A stretch of DNA of 64,000 bases from Octopus vulgaris (Eukaryota). The stretch lies in contig OX597816.1 in the NCBI GenBank assembly GCA_951406725.2, forward strand, positions 109,802,001 to 109,866,000, in the 5' to 3' direction. Positions 26,688 to 39,526 of this stretch are shown here, in pieces. The notes under the pieces are model-generated. The model was not told the origin of the DNA. It did no database searches and was given only the letters and a program-made list of their open reading frames with translations. Position 1 is the stretch's first letter. Each line of letters starts with the position of its first letter. A program made the translations under genes and the position numbers.

Positions 26688-27261
26688 ACAGCTTACAAGG
26701 ACGCTGCCATGGGCAAAAGACAAGCTTACTAGTAGTTTCCACGCTTTAGGAATGGTCACTTGTCGTTTGAAGACCAACCTCATTCAGGACGACCGTCGAC
26801 CTACTGGGCGAATGAAAACGTCTTGAAAATTTATGAACTGATCTTGGAAAACTGTCACCGAAAATTTGACAAACTTGTTGATATGATTGATGTGTTCTCG
26901 ACCACCTGCCAACAAATTCAAGGGAGGAATTTGCAAATGAAAAGAGTTGCAGAAAAATCTGTGTCTCGCTTGTTCACGGAAGATCGAAAGTGGTCACGAT
27001 TCAATGCGTGTCGTGAACTGACGAAAGCTGGTACTACGGAATTTGCAGATGTGGAAGAGGTGAAGAAAGAAACTACGGAGACGTTAGAAAGCATCACTTT
27101 GCACGAGTTCCAGCATTGCTTCGTTCAGTGGAAAAGGCGTCTGGACTGATGCATTGCTTCAAATGGAGAATTCTTTGAAGGTAATAAAATTATAAACATG
27201 TAAATCTAAGTAAATAAAATAATATTGCAAAATTTCGTTTTCTTTTGGGTAGCCCCTCGTA
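26688..27261 (+). mobile_element. Internally deleted mariner transposon (transposase remnant plus 3' TIR)
   Basis: SFEDQPHSGRPST...KRVAEKSVSRLFTEDRK fused to FADVEEVKKETTETLESITLHEFQHCFVQWKRRLD*CIASNGEFFEG. Ends TTTTGGGTAGCCCCTCG-TA. DDD core deleted. Confidence 0.85.
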
Positions 27262-27643
27262 TACGTACTTATATGCTGATATGTATATACGAATAAAGGT
27301 AAATATATGTATACTTATAAAGTATACATAAAGTATACTTATATATGTATACTTATAACTCTAGATTACTGATATAATGTTATTTGCATAATAAATTAAC
27401 GGATATCATATACGATATATTTAATAAAGTCATACTTAGTATCACTTCCAAATTGTTCGGCCTCTGGCTAACCAAATTCATCCGTCTGTCTGAAATTTGG
27501 ATTCAACTGTCTAGTTTTCTTTTCCATTAATATTGTATGACTTCTTTCAACCTCCTCAGACTGGAAGAACCGCGTTCAATAATGCAAATAATAGGTGCGG
27601 TAGGCCAAATCACTTGTTAATTATAATATGACGGTATGTATAA

Positions 27644-27806
27644 AAGGCGACGAGCTGGCAGAAACGTTAGCGCGCCGGGCGAAATGCTTAGCGGTATTTT
27701 GTCTGTCTTCATGTTATGAGATCAAATCTTGCGTACTGGGATTGATCGAATCGACTGGCCCGCCTCCCCAAAATTTTAGGTCCTCTTCCTAGAGTAGAAA
27801 AGAAAT
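27644..27806 (+). mobile_element. SINE family 2, internally deleted
   Basis: Head AGGCGACGAGCTGGCAGAAACGTTAGCGCGCCGGGCGAAATGCTTAGCGGTATTT. Homologous to 62138-62358. Confidence 0.75.
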
Positions 27807-28722
27807 TATAACGTGACGGTAGACCACGGTGATAAATAATTCCGTCGTGATACATCGTATTTAGGAATATGTATATGGTCGGATGTCATATCGAAATTGT
27901 TAGGAAAAACTTATTGTATATGGCTTCGGTAAAGGCAGTAATTTATGAGCACTTTACTGCTCAAAGCTGATTTAAAGCTGCGGAATTATGTCACTGAGAG
28001 GATTAGTTTGAAATCGTGACTAAAAATATGTCCGTATTCATAATTTCCGTATTCATGCATATGCATGTATTTGTTTGCCTGTGCATGTATATGTGAGCTT
28101 GTGTTTTAGAGTATGTGTCGTATCCAAACGTATGTTCAGAGTGAAGGGGTTATAATTAGAAATATAGGCTGCATATCAGAAATATTGACTGTATATTCTA
28201 ATTAGTATGAAAGCTTTTGTATACGAATTAACTCCAATGTTGACAACTAGGTAAAAGTGTACACCTCCTATTAAGAGATATTAATGATAGATTTCTGTTA
28301 ACATTAACAGTTATTTCGCAATCTATTGAAGTATAGTTTAGTTTAACGCCGTTCTTATACATTATGGGAGGATGTCCCGATACATGTTTCAAAATAATTA
28401 ATTCAAAGTTTGAATTACTTCGATTCGAATTATTGAAGATGCGAAGGTATTTTGAACTTTCATTTCTATTTAGTCCATATTTTTCGCTGCTATTGGGTGG
28501 GGGGGAAATATCGATGGCCTCTGTCTCTCTCAATCAATATTGATGTGCATATTGGCTTATACACATATGCACGCACAAACACGTACACGCATACACACCC
28601 ACCCATATGTGTACATATATGTGTCTATGTGAGTGTGCGCGTGCGTATAGATATGTATGCATAACTACCTACAAACTTACACTCATACACAGAAACACAC
28701 ACACACTCACACTAATACATAT

Positions 28723-28772
<50 letters not shown>

Positions 28773-28789
28773 CTCTATCTATCTATCTC

Positions 28790-28851
<62 letters not shown>

Positions 28852-28855
28852 CCTC

Positions 28856-29040
28856 GGAGGAGTAGGTGTGTGGTAAGAATATTGTGCTTTCCAACCACAT
28901 GGTCCTGGTTCAGTCTCGGTGTTCGGCACCTTGGGCAAGTGTCTTCTACTGTAACCTCGGGGCAACCAAAGCCTTGTCAGTAGATTTGGCCGATGGAAAC
29001 TGAAAGAAGTACGTCGTATATATATATATATATATGTATG

Positions 29041-29116
<76 letters not shown>

Positions 29117-29359
29117 TGTGTATTTGTGTGTGTGCATGTGTGTGGATATATGTATGTATTTGTTATTTGTGTCTGTGTTTGTCCCCCACCATCGAATAAC
29201 AGCTGATGTCGGTGTGATTACATCCCCGTCACTTAGCGGTTCAGCAATAAGTGAACCGATAGAATAACTACTAGGCTTGGAGTTAGTGCTGGGTCGATTT
29301 GTTCGACGAAAGGCAGTGCTCTAGCGTGGCAGCAATCAGATGACAGAAACAAGTAAAAA
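28856..29359 (+). mobile_element. tRNA-type SINE family 1 with internal (TA)n/(TG)n expansion
   Basis: GTGTGGTAAG...GGTTCAGTC...CACCTTGGGCAAGTGTCTTCTACT...GAAACTG...GAAACAAGTAAAA. Colinear with 8941-9319. Confidence 0.8.
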
Positions 29360-31621
29360 CATATATCTCGATAGATTGGAAAGGAAGTTTCCTTGGATGG
29401 GTATATAGGGGATCAGAGCACGTAAATGTTGGGTGTTATTTTGTGAACAATTTCTGTATGACTATTTAGATGCTTATGTGACATCTGCGATTCTATTGCC
29501 AAAATTTGTGTTGCATTTTTATGTTGCTAGTTGGTTTTTCTAGAGTTTGGATGTTTCGTGGAAACAGTGTTATGCAAATTTATTCTGAATAATGGATTCA
29601 ACTATGTTCTTTACTGTCCCATATTTTTCTATTGGGGGTATGGGAGAGTTGCTTGCACACTTAGTTTTGAGTCTTCTTCATCGTCCTTTTTATTGAGCAT
29701 CTCTAGTATGTTAAAAAATGTCATAATATGAGGATTTGTTCCTCAAATGTAGAATTCCTTGATTTGTCTGCAGGGTTGTTAAAATTTTTCCTGGTGTATA
29801 TGCTGCTCATGTTTGATCGTCGATGCTATTGACTGTATTCAAATATAAATCGAATATTTCTATTAAAAGTGATAAAAAAGGAAAAATGAATGAAATGTTG
29901 TCAGAGAAGAAGCGGGAGCAAATGCGAACAGAGTGAGAAAACGAAATGTTATGAGATGCTACAGCAGAGTGAGAATGAGACAGGTTAGATAAGAGAAATG
30001 AAGAGAAAGAATATAATACCAATGGAGCTAATAATTCTTGATTTCCTCATTAAAGAAACGATGTGGATCTATCTACTTTGTGATTATTCTGTAAAGCTGA
30101 ATCGCTTAAAAACCTTAGTAGAATGCTTTCAAATCGTTTGCTCCCCGCATATTTCGACATACTGAATTAATTTTCTGTCAGTTATGTAATAATAATTTTC
30201 AAAAAGCATTGTTTATTTTAGCATTCTTTAAGTATTCTAATTGAAGAGTTATTTATATTTAAGATGAAATTCTGATCGTAAACCTTCTTTAGAAATTGCT
30301 CCGTTGTATAAATTTTGCAGATGATTGCACTTTTTCCTTATATTTAATTCTGACTGCTATCAATAGTTATCGTTGAAAGATGACATCCTTGGGAATACAA
30401 TTAATTTAACTTTCAATAAATTGGTTAAACTATCGCTTTAATAATTTTTCAATTATCAGGAATATGGTTCTATTTAAGTATATGTTTGTCAGAAAAATGT
30501 ATGGGAAAGAACATGTAGTCTAAGTTCTTTTCTAATTTTTGATATTATAAAAGAAGAATCTTTTGGTTTAATCTTTATGTTTCTAGAAATAATATTTGTG
30601 ATATTCTTTTTAATCCTATAATGATGTAATCAAGGAAATATTGTAGAACTATCTATCACCTTCAAATTAAGTGTAGCTTCATTATTTCAATAATTATTTT
30701 TTACCTTCAACGTCTTTAAATATTTCTGCCAAAAGCACCTTTGCATGTAGGCCCATATCCCAACGACTGACCATTTTCTTCAAGAGAAATTTCTTTTCCC
30801 AAAACTTAATGGTAATCCACAAATGTAATGGGAAACGCGTGATCATGAAGTAGTAAGTTGTGTTCTAGAAGAGATGGACATATTTTTTCTTGAACAAAGA
30901 ATTTCTCCTTGTTTCAGTAAACTTGACTGAAATGAATATTCGCACTGGCCTCCTTCCAGTTGTCATATTCTCAATTCTCTGCTTGGTCAAGTGTGGGGCG
31001 TCTGAGAGGTTGTCTATTTCTGCAAGAGATTACATGGGCATCTAACAAATATTAATGAAAGCATGGTATTTGCTACCAAGCCATGCTGCTATGCGAGTAA
31101 TGGTTATGGTGTGTTTTGACTATGTCATTCCATATATTTTCGATAATTCTTCTTAAATCTACTACATTATGTAACATTCTTACATGAAATATCTAAAGAA
31201 TTCTCTGTAGTTCCGCTGAACCACACAATATCTGTACACATTTCTAAGGTGCTTTACATTCGGAGTTAAAATGTTGTCCTAATAAAAATTGCATTTCCTC
31301 TTCCGGTATTTACGAAGTAACACTGGCTCAGTCCTTGTTTAGGATATCAATCATATCAATTGTTTATCATGCAGCATATATACGTAGATCTCGGGGAACA
31401 TTATTCAAAATGATTATAAATATCAAAGTGAGTTATATACAGTAGCGGTAACACATCGTGACGTATATTTGCCATCTCAATATGGCTACCCCTAAGGGTG
31501 GATGCTACTGTAGTTTTTAGCCCCAGGAGGACACACTCCTCCAGCTGGCCATAGACACACTTTCTGTGTCCTGTCAGTATTTGCAAAGGGAAGTCATCCT
31601 TCCCGTCTTCAACTTATGATA

Positions 31622-31666
31622 CACACGGACTCGAGTTTCGAGGTATTGACCTCTCGTCAGCGTGTG
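31622..31666 (-). ncRNA. Type-I hammerhead ribozyme (352-bp unit, inverted copy)
   Basis: Exact reverse complement of 31947-31991. Confidence 0.92.
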
Positions 31667-31946
31667 ACAATCATAGTTGTCGGCGAGAATTAGATTTCCT
31701 TCACAAATACTCATACTTTTTCCAGCGTGTCCTCCTGGGGCTAAAAACTACAGTAGCATCCACCCTTAGGGGTAGCCATATTGAGATGGCAAATATACGT
31801 CACGATGTGTTACCGCTACTGTATATAACTCACTTTGATATTTATCATTGTTTGATTTCACTTTTTCAATATCAGCAACAGTGGACGCTGGAAAAAGTAT
31901 GAGTATTTGTGAAGGAAATCTAATTCTCGCCGACAACTATGATTGT

Positions 31947-31991
31947 CACACGCTGACGAGAGGTCAATACCTCGAAACTCGAGTCCGTGTG
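31947..31991 (+). ncRNA. Type-I hammerhead ribozyme (352-bp unit, copy 1)
   Basis: CACACG-CTGACGA-GAGGT(CAAT)ACCTC-GAAA-CTCGAG-TC-CGTGTG. Perfect core, GUC site with cut predicted after 31985. Stem I extends via CAACTATGAT/ATCATAAGTTG past an internal loop. Confidence 0.93.
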
Positions 31992-32298
31992 TATCATAAG
32001 TTGAAGACGGGAAGGATGATTTCCCTTTGCAAATACTGACAGGACACAGAAAGTGTGTCTATGGCCAGCTGGAGGAGTGTGTCCTCCTGGGACTAAAAAC
32101 TACAGTAGAATCCACCCTTAGGGGTAGCCATATTGAGATGGCAAATATACGTCACGATGTGTTACCGCTACTGTATATAACTCACTTTGATATTTATCAT
32201 TGTTTGATTTCACTTTTTCAATATCAGCGACAGTGAACGCTGGAAAAAGTATAAGTATTTGTGAAGGAAATCTAATTCTCGCCGACAACTATGATTGT

Positions 32299-32343
32299 CA
32301 CACGCTGACGAGAGGTCAATACCTCGAAACTCGAGTCCGTGTG
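32299..32343 (+). ncRNA. Type-I hammerhead ribozyme (352-bp unit, copy 2)
   Basis: Identical to 31947-31991. Cut predicted after 32337. Confidence 0.93.
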
Positions 32344-35300
32344 TATCATAAGTTGAAGACGGGAAGGATGACTTCCCTTTGCAAATACTGACAGGACACA
32401 GAAAGTGTGTCTATGGCCAGCTGGAGGAGTGTGTCCTGCTGGGGCTAAAAACTACAGTAGCATCCACCCTTAGGGGTAGCCATATTGAGATGGCAAATAT
32501 ACGTCACGATTATTCAAAATGTTTGGAAAAAAAGGCCCTTTTAAGGGATTTTGACTTGTACCTTATGGCGTCGGGCAACTTCCCAGATGTTCCTTCTTTG
32601 GTTGTTTTTAACAAATACATATTTCGCCCAGTATTTTCAGTATTTCCATATCAGTGTCGTTATCCATGGAACAGGGCTATGTAGACAGACCCATTTCACT
32701 TGTTTGTGATATAACAAGCCAATATAATGAAGGTGAAAATTATTGGTAGAAAAAATTTCATAATTAGCTATATTAAGATTAGAATTATTTTATAGACTTT
32801 CAACTTATTTTGAAATGCATGTATACAAGCACAACATTTCATCAATTTTGATGGGGTAACAGGTTTCAACGAATCAGGAAATTAAGAAATGTTGTCGGAA
32901 ATAAATCCAATCTGTTCTTTGAATACAGATACATCATTTTTATATCCATTTATTGAAATCGACAATGAGTAATTATGATTGTGAATATTTTTCTTACATA
33001 TTTCTCACTGTGATATACTGAGAGATTACTAGCAGATTTTGTTTTTACCATTAAGCATATCTAGGCCTAAAATATGCAAAATCATTGGAAGTGATTACAG
33101 ACAACTTGGGAATGAAAAATATCATCCGTGAAAATACGAACCAAATAGACATGAAATGCATCCAGTATACAAATTATGACCTCGCCTCCGTTACATGTGG
33201 AATATATATTTCTGATTGCTAAATATAAACTGGTTGATTATTGCATTGATTATTGTTATAACTTTTCCGATGGTACGCTAAAGATATTTTAAGTCTATAG
33301 CCATCAAATAGCCATTAATCCTGAATGACCATTGACATACATCGCTTATTGTAATAGACTGGCTATTTTCATAAATAACTGCTTTTAATGAGCAATAACG
33401 GTCACAATCAGTTTACAGCCAATGAATGTTTATTGATATAGATTGGTTATTGATGACAAATGCCCATTGCCGTATACTAAATATGGGTAGAGGAGGAACA
33501 TCAGTTGAAAATGTTTATTTGCATAGAATGGTTATTGCCTCAGCGAGGTCATTCTTCTAAATTGTTTATGATAAAAGAGGAGTTATTGGCATAAAACGAC
33601 TATTATCCTAGACTAGTTATGGCCTTGTTCCAATCTAAGAAATCATTATTATAGATTACTTTATATTAGAAATCAATATTTGGTATAAAATGTCAGAAAT
33701 CGTTTATCATAGACTAGTTATTTCTATTGATTTATTATTGTCTATTACTGCTAATTGTAATAATAGGTTAGTTATGTGTATAGTATAGCCGTGGCCATAT
33801 GCTAAATACTAACGTGTACAAATGACACAGCTATTTACATTGCATACAACTATGCTGAGGCAAAATACAGAGGCTGAGATCGGATTGGATTCTGGGCTGC
33901 GTGTGATGTTTGATCATGTGTTGCGCGTATCATCAAATTCAGACGTTAGAGCTATGAATCCAGAATCTAGAATCAAAAGTAATGACGAAACGGTTATCTA
34001 ATCAATTGAACTTCTATGAAGCTGATCCAATTCTTCCTTTAATATCAATCAATCATTTTAAAAACTGATAGACACATAGACCGTAATTCCAGATATACTG
34101 TATCTATAAAAATATCCGTCTTGGTCACTGACAAAACACATTTGAGCGTAGCATATGTGCAGGCGTGCGTGCGGGAGTGTGTGTGTGTGTGTGTGTGTGT
34201 GTGCGTATGTGTACAATAGAATAATTCCGTAACAAATATCTAATGCACTATTATTGATTATTCGAAGGATGTATATTGTACGGGATCTCATTTTCTAGAT
34301 ATCACATCAATACTGCATCACTTAATCGTAGATACTAACTGTAGTGATCTAGCATGGGAATTACTTAGAAATTATTTCGACTCCCTGGTTCGACTGCCAC
34401 AGGTTCTTGAAAAAAACTAATTTAACCTTAAAATGGTGAATGGAATTTTTTTCTTTTGCTCTAAATACTCTTAATAAAGATATCCTTGGAATGGCATAAG
34501 AAATAGCGCGTATAAATTTTTCCTGACACTGTAACTGATGGGAAGAAAGGAGAAATTATATCTTCAGCTTGAAGACATACCTTAGGTGTTTGAAATAGAA
34601 TAGACTCCGGTTAAGTTATCTAAAACCAGGTAGTGATATTAAATGGAGCAACGAATTAAGTCTTACACTTAAGAAATGGAATAATACCTTAAACAAGCTC
34701 GATCACTGTTTCAGTTACCAAACTTATGAAAAGGATTTGGTCCACCTGAGATTTGACAGAAGATATTTTCATAATATGTGGTAATATATATTCTATATGC
34801 ATCATGCAACGTATTTATAGGAAGATGGATGCATTGTATATAACTTGAACGCCTATAAGTTTAGTTTTCAGATATGATATGAAGCTAAACAGCAGATAAT
34901 ACTACCTATTTTTCAAACAAATCATTCGTTATCTGGTCTAGCCATTTTGGCGTATTTGCCAACCTAGTTATGTTATGCTTTTGGCTTCTTTCATGACAGT
35001 AATGTCAGGTCCTCTTGTTAGACAATACAAAAATACATACCAGTAAAGGAAAAACCAAAAACAGTAATAAAAACTTTAAAGAAGAACAAGCAAACATCAA
35101 CGAAATAGGAAATAAATAGTGATGAAAATTAAAGAAACTTTTGGAGAAAATTTAAAGAATAAAGTAATAAAAAGAATATAAAAACAGACCGATTGAATCC
35201 AGATAATTATAAAAAGTAAATTGATGTTAAAAGGTTATCTAATTTAAGAGAAGTGCTACGAGCTGGAATTATTTTTAAAGTAAAAATCTAAATCAATGAT

Positions 35301-36678
35301 GCATTTAGCGAGCAGTGGAGCCAAACACCTCCTTGGTCATTAAAAAAAATAGATATTCAGTAAAAGTCTCAGCTTAAACATAGAGTGACTGTAACAGTAA
35401 AAGTAATGTGAACAAAACTAGCAGTAGCAACATTATCTATATAAACTATAGGCATAGCATCAATAAAAATAAATCTAAAACAGCAGCGGCAGGAGCAAAC
35501 AAAGTAACAGTATTATCAACATCAATTATAACAACAACAGCAACAACAACACCAGATATAACAGTAAAAACTATAACTAAAGCAATAAAAAAGTAATGTC
35601 AACAAGGTTAGAACCAACGGCAAATGTATCCTCCTCCTCCTCCGCTTCCTCCACGTTTTCATCATTGTCATAATCATCGTCGTTGTCGTCGACATCATCG
35701 CCTTTATCAATTTCGACAACAATATCAAAACTAGCAACAGCAAGAGCTATCGAATTTCTCTGAGAGAGTCAAATGGCTAGTTGATAACATAGTCATAAAA
35801 TGGATAATAGATAATAAAAATATGTATGCTCGAACAAAATCATTGGTAGGTAACTGCTGGTGAGTATGTCTATAATTATCATGGTGTGTGCCTGTGTGTG
35901 CATTAATATGTTTGTATGGATGGGCAAGAATTTTAGTTATTTATACAGGTATATGCATATGTGTATAGGCAATATGTATGTATATGTGAATGTAATGTCT
36001 ATGATTGTGTTTTGGATAACAATATAGATGTAACATGCTTGTGTAAATTCGACAGAATGTGATTGAACAGTCTGCGTATAGTATTTAGCGGTGTATTTAA
36101 ATGAATGCAATGTGGCTTAAGTCCTGATAATATAATATCTTCGGATTAAAATTAGTCAGAATAAATATCATTAAGAAAATACAAAGGCAAGTTAATGTTG
36201 ACTGCACTACAACATTTATTCCCGACGCTAAAGTGAAATACATCAACTGGCAAAACAAGTAGAACTCAGTTAAAAGCATTACATGGTTTCAAAATGCTTC
36301 TTGAAGTTGAAGATAAGTGTTAGAAAAATCCTAAGCATAGCGTCAAAGATTCTGGTTACAAATTTCTCGTTTCTGAAGCTTCAAAGTGGTATAAACTGCT
36401 CTCATGTTGAAGATCAGAACTCGCACGTAAAAAAGGCATCTCCCTAAGAAATTAGATAGAAATAAGTGACCCTTAAATAACTGATTTGGGACTCTTGGCT
36501 AGTCTATCACGTTAAGGAGTGGACAGTCTGCGAGAAGCTAAATGGGCTTTACCACCACGTGATGGTCCAAAATGGGCATCTAAATGTGCAACAGCATAAT
36601 CTGGGTGGCTAAAAGTAAAGAGTGAACATGCTTCTGCTACAAGTATTTTGCAACTGAAAATATCCCTTTATGCTTCGA

Positions 36679-37070
36679 AGAATTTCTTAGTATGACGTCA
36701 TATTCATTTAGACGTTGCAGAATTTATCAGTATGGATAACAATATAGATGGATAACAATATGGACGTAGTAGAATTTCTCAGTATGACGTCATATTCGTT
36801 TAGACGTAGTAAAATATCTCACTATGACGTCATATTAATTTAGACGATGCAAATTTCTCAATATGACGTCTTATTCATTCATTTAGACGTAGAATTTCTG
36901 AATTTCACGCCATATTCATTTATATGGAGTAGAATTTCTCAGTGTGACGTCATGTTCATTTAGACGTAGAATGTCTCAGAATGACGTCATATTCATTTAG
37001 ATGTTAGTAGACGTTTTCACTATGACGTTATATTCATTTAAATGTTGTAGCATTTCTTAGTATGACATCC
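36679..37070. repeat. ~37-40-bp minisatellite of about 10 units carrying TGACGTCA palindromes
   Basis: Consensus AGAATTTCTCAGTATGACGTCATATTCATTTAGACGT(AGT). Perfect TGACGTCA at 36693, 36785, 36825, 36945 and 36982. Confidence 0.9.
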
Positions 37071-38054
37071 CTGGTTCATCGGTGTGATATATTCATTTGC
37101 AGGGCATGAGATTTTAACTCACTGATTAAAAGGCTTACATATTGCACAGATTGCCTAGGAACATTTCCAGTCAACCTTATGAATTTAATCTCAGCTTTGC
37201 AAACCTTTAATACACTAGCTAAATTTATAAGTTTTGTAAAGCTTATTGTCGTCGTTCTTCATTAAAACTGGATGAAATGTGACGGCATATTTAACCATGC
37301 AGTTATAGAGAACTAAAATCATGTGAAGACATCTGATCTTGTTGCTACTGTAGAGCACATATTGTAAATGTTATTGATGCAGTCGTCTTTGTTATCGTCA
37401 TCACAATTTATGTCAGAATATTTTATACTCTTTTGATCTATGACTAAAAGTAATGTCTACAATCATCCTCTCTCTCTTTTCTTTGGGATAGTGTGTATCA
37501 TATTGTAATTACGGATATTCTGTCCTTCCTGTTTTGGAAAGGTTCGTATCATGATATTTGGGTGATATGACTTTTATTGTAACAGATCCTGACACAATGT
37601 CGAGATATTAGCGAATGCGAGAGAATGTATCAGGACGACTGATATATTTTACAGTGAAGAACTATATTTCGGAATCGTAAACTTCCAAGGTGGTGGATGC
37701 TAATGTTTATAGAGGTGATTAATTAAGAAAGTCAATAAAAGGAAGACTGCTCAGTTAATGGATTACCTGCTCCCCAATTATTAGCTCTGCAGCAAAATTA
37801 GGAATCTCTTTGAATATCACGATGAAGGTTTGGTAGAATCGAGGGAGACAATATGCTTTACTGTAAGTTTATCCCTCTTTTTACGTTCTGAGTTCATATT
37901 CTCCTGTGGTCTTCTCTGCATTCAGGCTATCGGGAGCTATGAAATAAAATATATCTCAAGCAATAGTGTTGATTCTATCATCAAATCACATTCGCTCACA
38001 AACAAAAATAATTATGCAGGACTTCGTGATGGTGTCGACATTTCTCATATTCTA

Positions 38055-38098
<44 letters not shown>

Positions 38099-38111
38099 TT
38101 TTATACATTCT

Positions 38112-38189
<78 letters not shown>

Positions 38190-39495
38190 CATAAACACCT
38201 TTACAAATATACGCAATCAAATATACATTCACTACTTCATATATGATAAGCATTTGTTCCATTAATTTTGTAACTTTATTTGTACCTCTACATGTATCTA
38301 TTCGTAGGTCATAATTAGGATCATTTTTAATATATTTACGTGCATTGAACCTATATAACGTGTATTCACTACGATCGTATATAGCCATATCCTATCCTTA
38401 TCACACTATACTCAATAAGAATCATACTCTTGACATAACGTTTTTATATATACAAAATATTCCTTTTGCATAGCATTATCCTACACCTTCTATACATTTA
38501 ACTTTAATATATCTTTTATTTTTAACATTCGTTGCTCTCATTACATCCTATACTTGGTCATTATCATTTTTCTTATTTATCTCCCCTACACTAGTAAAAT
38601 TTCGTTTTATCTTCACCCTCTCTAATTTATTACCTTATAACTTCAAAATACGTCTTCTTACTACATCTCATTATATGTTCTCTTATCTCTATTCTTAACA
38701 ATAACTTAATCGTCATATTTCCATTTGAATAACTACTTTTTCTTCATCTTCACCTTTATTATACTTCTAAGTTACCTCAATACGGATCTTGAGTAAACAA
38801 GAGTACTTTATCCACTTCTACTTCATTCTTTTTAACTTTCCCCTCCCCCTATATTTTCATAAATGACTTCATTAACCTTCTAGTATACGCTTTACAAACA
38901 ATTTCTTTTACGCTAAACTTTCTTCGTCTGTTTAAGATTATTTATTAAAAAAATAATTGGTATTGTTTTTAACAGTTAGATTTAATTAACATTAGGCAAC
39001 GTTTTCTCATTGGACATTTCTTTAACTTACTCACCCAATGCTTCATCTATGGAGATTTAATTAGAAAATCTATACTAATCTATAGAGAGAGTGTTATCGA
39101 TGTATCTATATTTATATCTTTCTCTAACTGTTCATCTTTTAGTTGTGGCTTAATATTTGACATGACTCTCATCACTATAACAAACAGAGAGGAACAGGCA
39201 AACATGAAACTCATAGATCCAACTCTTTGCTCTTTTTTAAAGTTCCTATTATTATTTTTCTCTTCACTGATCAGGAGTATGATCATGTTTCAAAATCAAA
39301 TATAAATTTATATCTATGTATGAAACAATTGTATGCATGAATTTCCTGCTTACAAATTTTTAACATCGTGCCTCCTCCATTTTTGATAAATATGATTGGA
39401 TTTGTAGAAATTCATTCGAATTATATATGTATATATATATTTATATATATATATATATCTTGTAAATACACACATACTGACACATACAGACACAA

Positions 39496-39526
<31 letters not shown>

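Larger units (their letters stand above)
31400..32521. mobile_element. Retrozyme-like insertion of a 352-bp non-coding hammerhead unit: one inverted partial copy plus 2.2 tandem copies, with a 13-bp TSD
   Basis: Minus copy ~31416-31728 and plus array 31727-32510 with exact 352-bp period (GTGTCCT at 31727, 32079, 32431). Flanked by ATTATTCAAAATG at 31400-31412 and 32509-32521. Copies differ at only a few positions. Confidence 0.9.

Noticed and set aside
32390-32460. HDV-like or pistol-like ribozyme reading of the GGCTAAA-containing domain
   Set aside because: GGCUAA resembles HDV J4/2, but the nested P1/P2/P3/L3 pseudoknot cannot be built. The pistol pseudoknot is also missing.
31848-32684. 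Repeated 61-101 aa ORFs in the 352-bp unit
   Set aside because: Mostly non-ATG starts, no motif, and the unit length is not a multiple of 3. The hairpin and ribozyme content explains the sequence better.
36679-37070. CRISPR-like array
   Set aside because: Units are contiguous with no unique spacers, the context is eukaryotic, and no cas genes are present.
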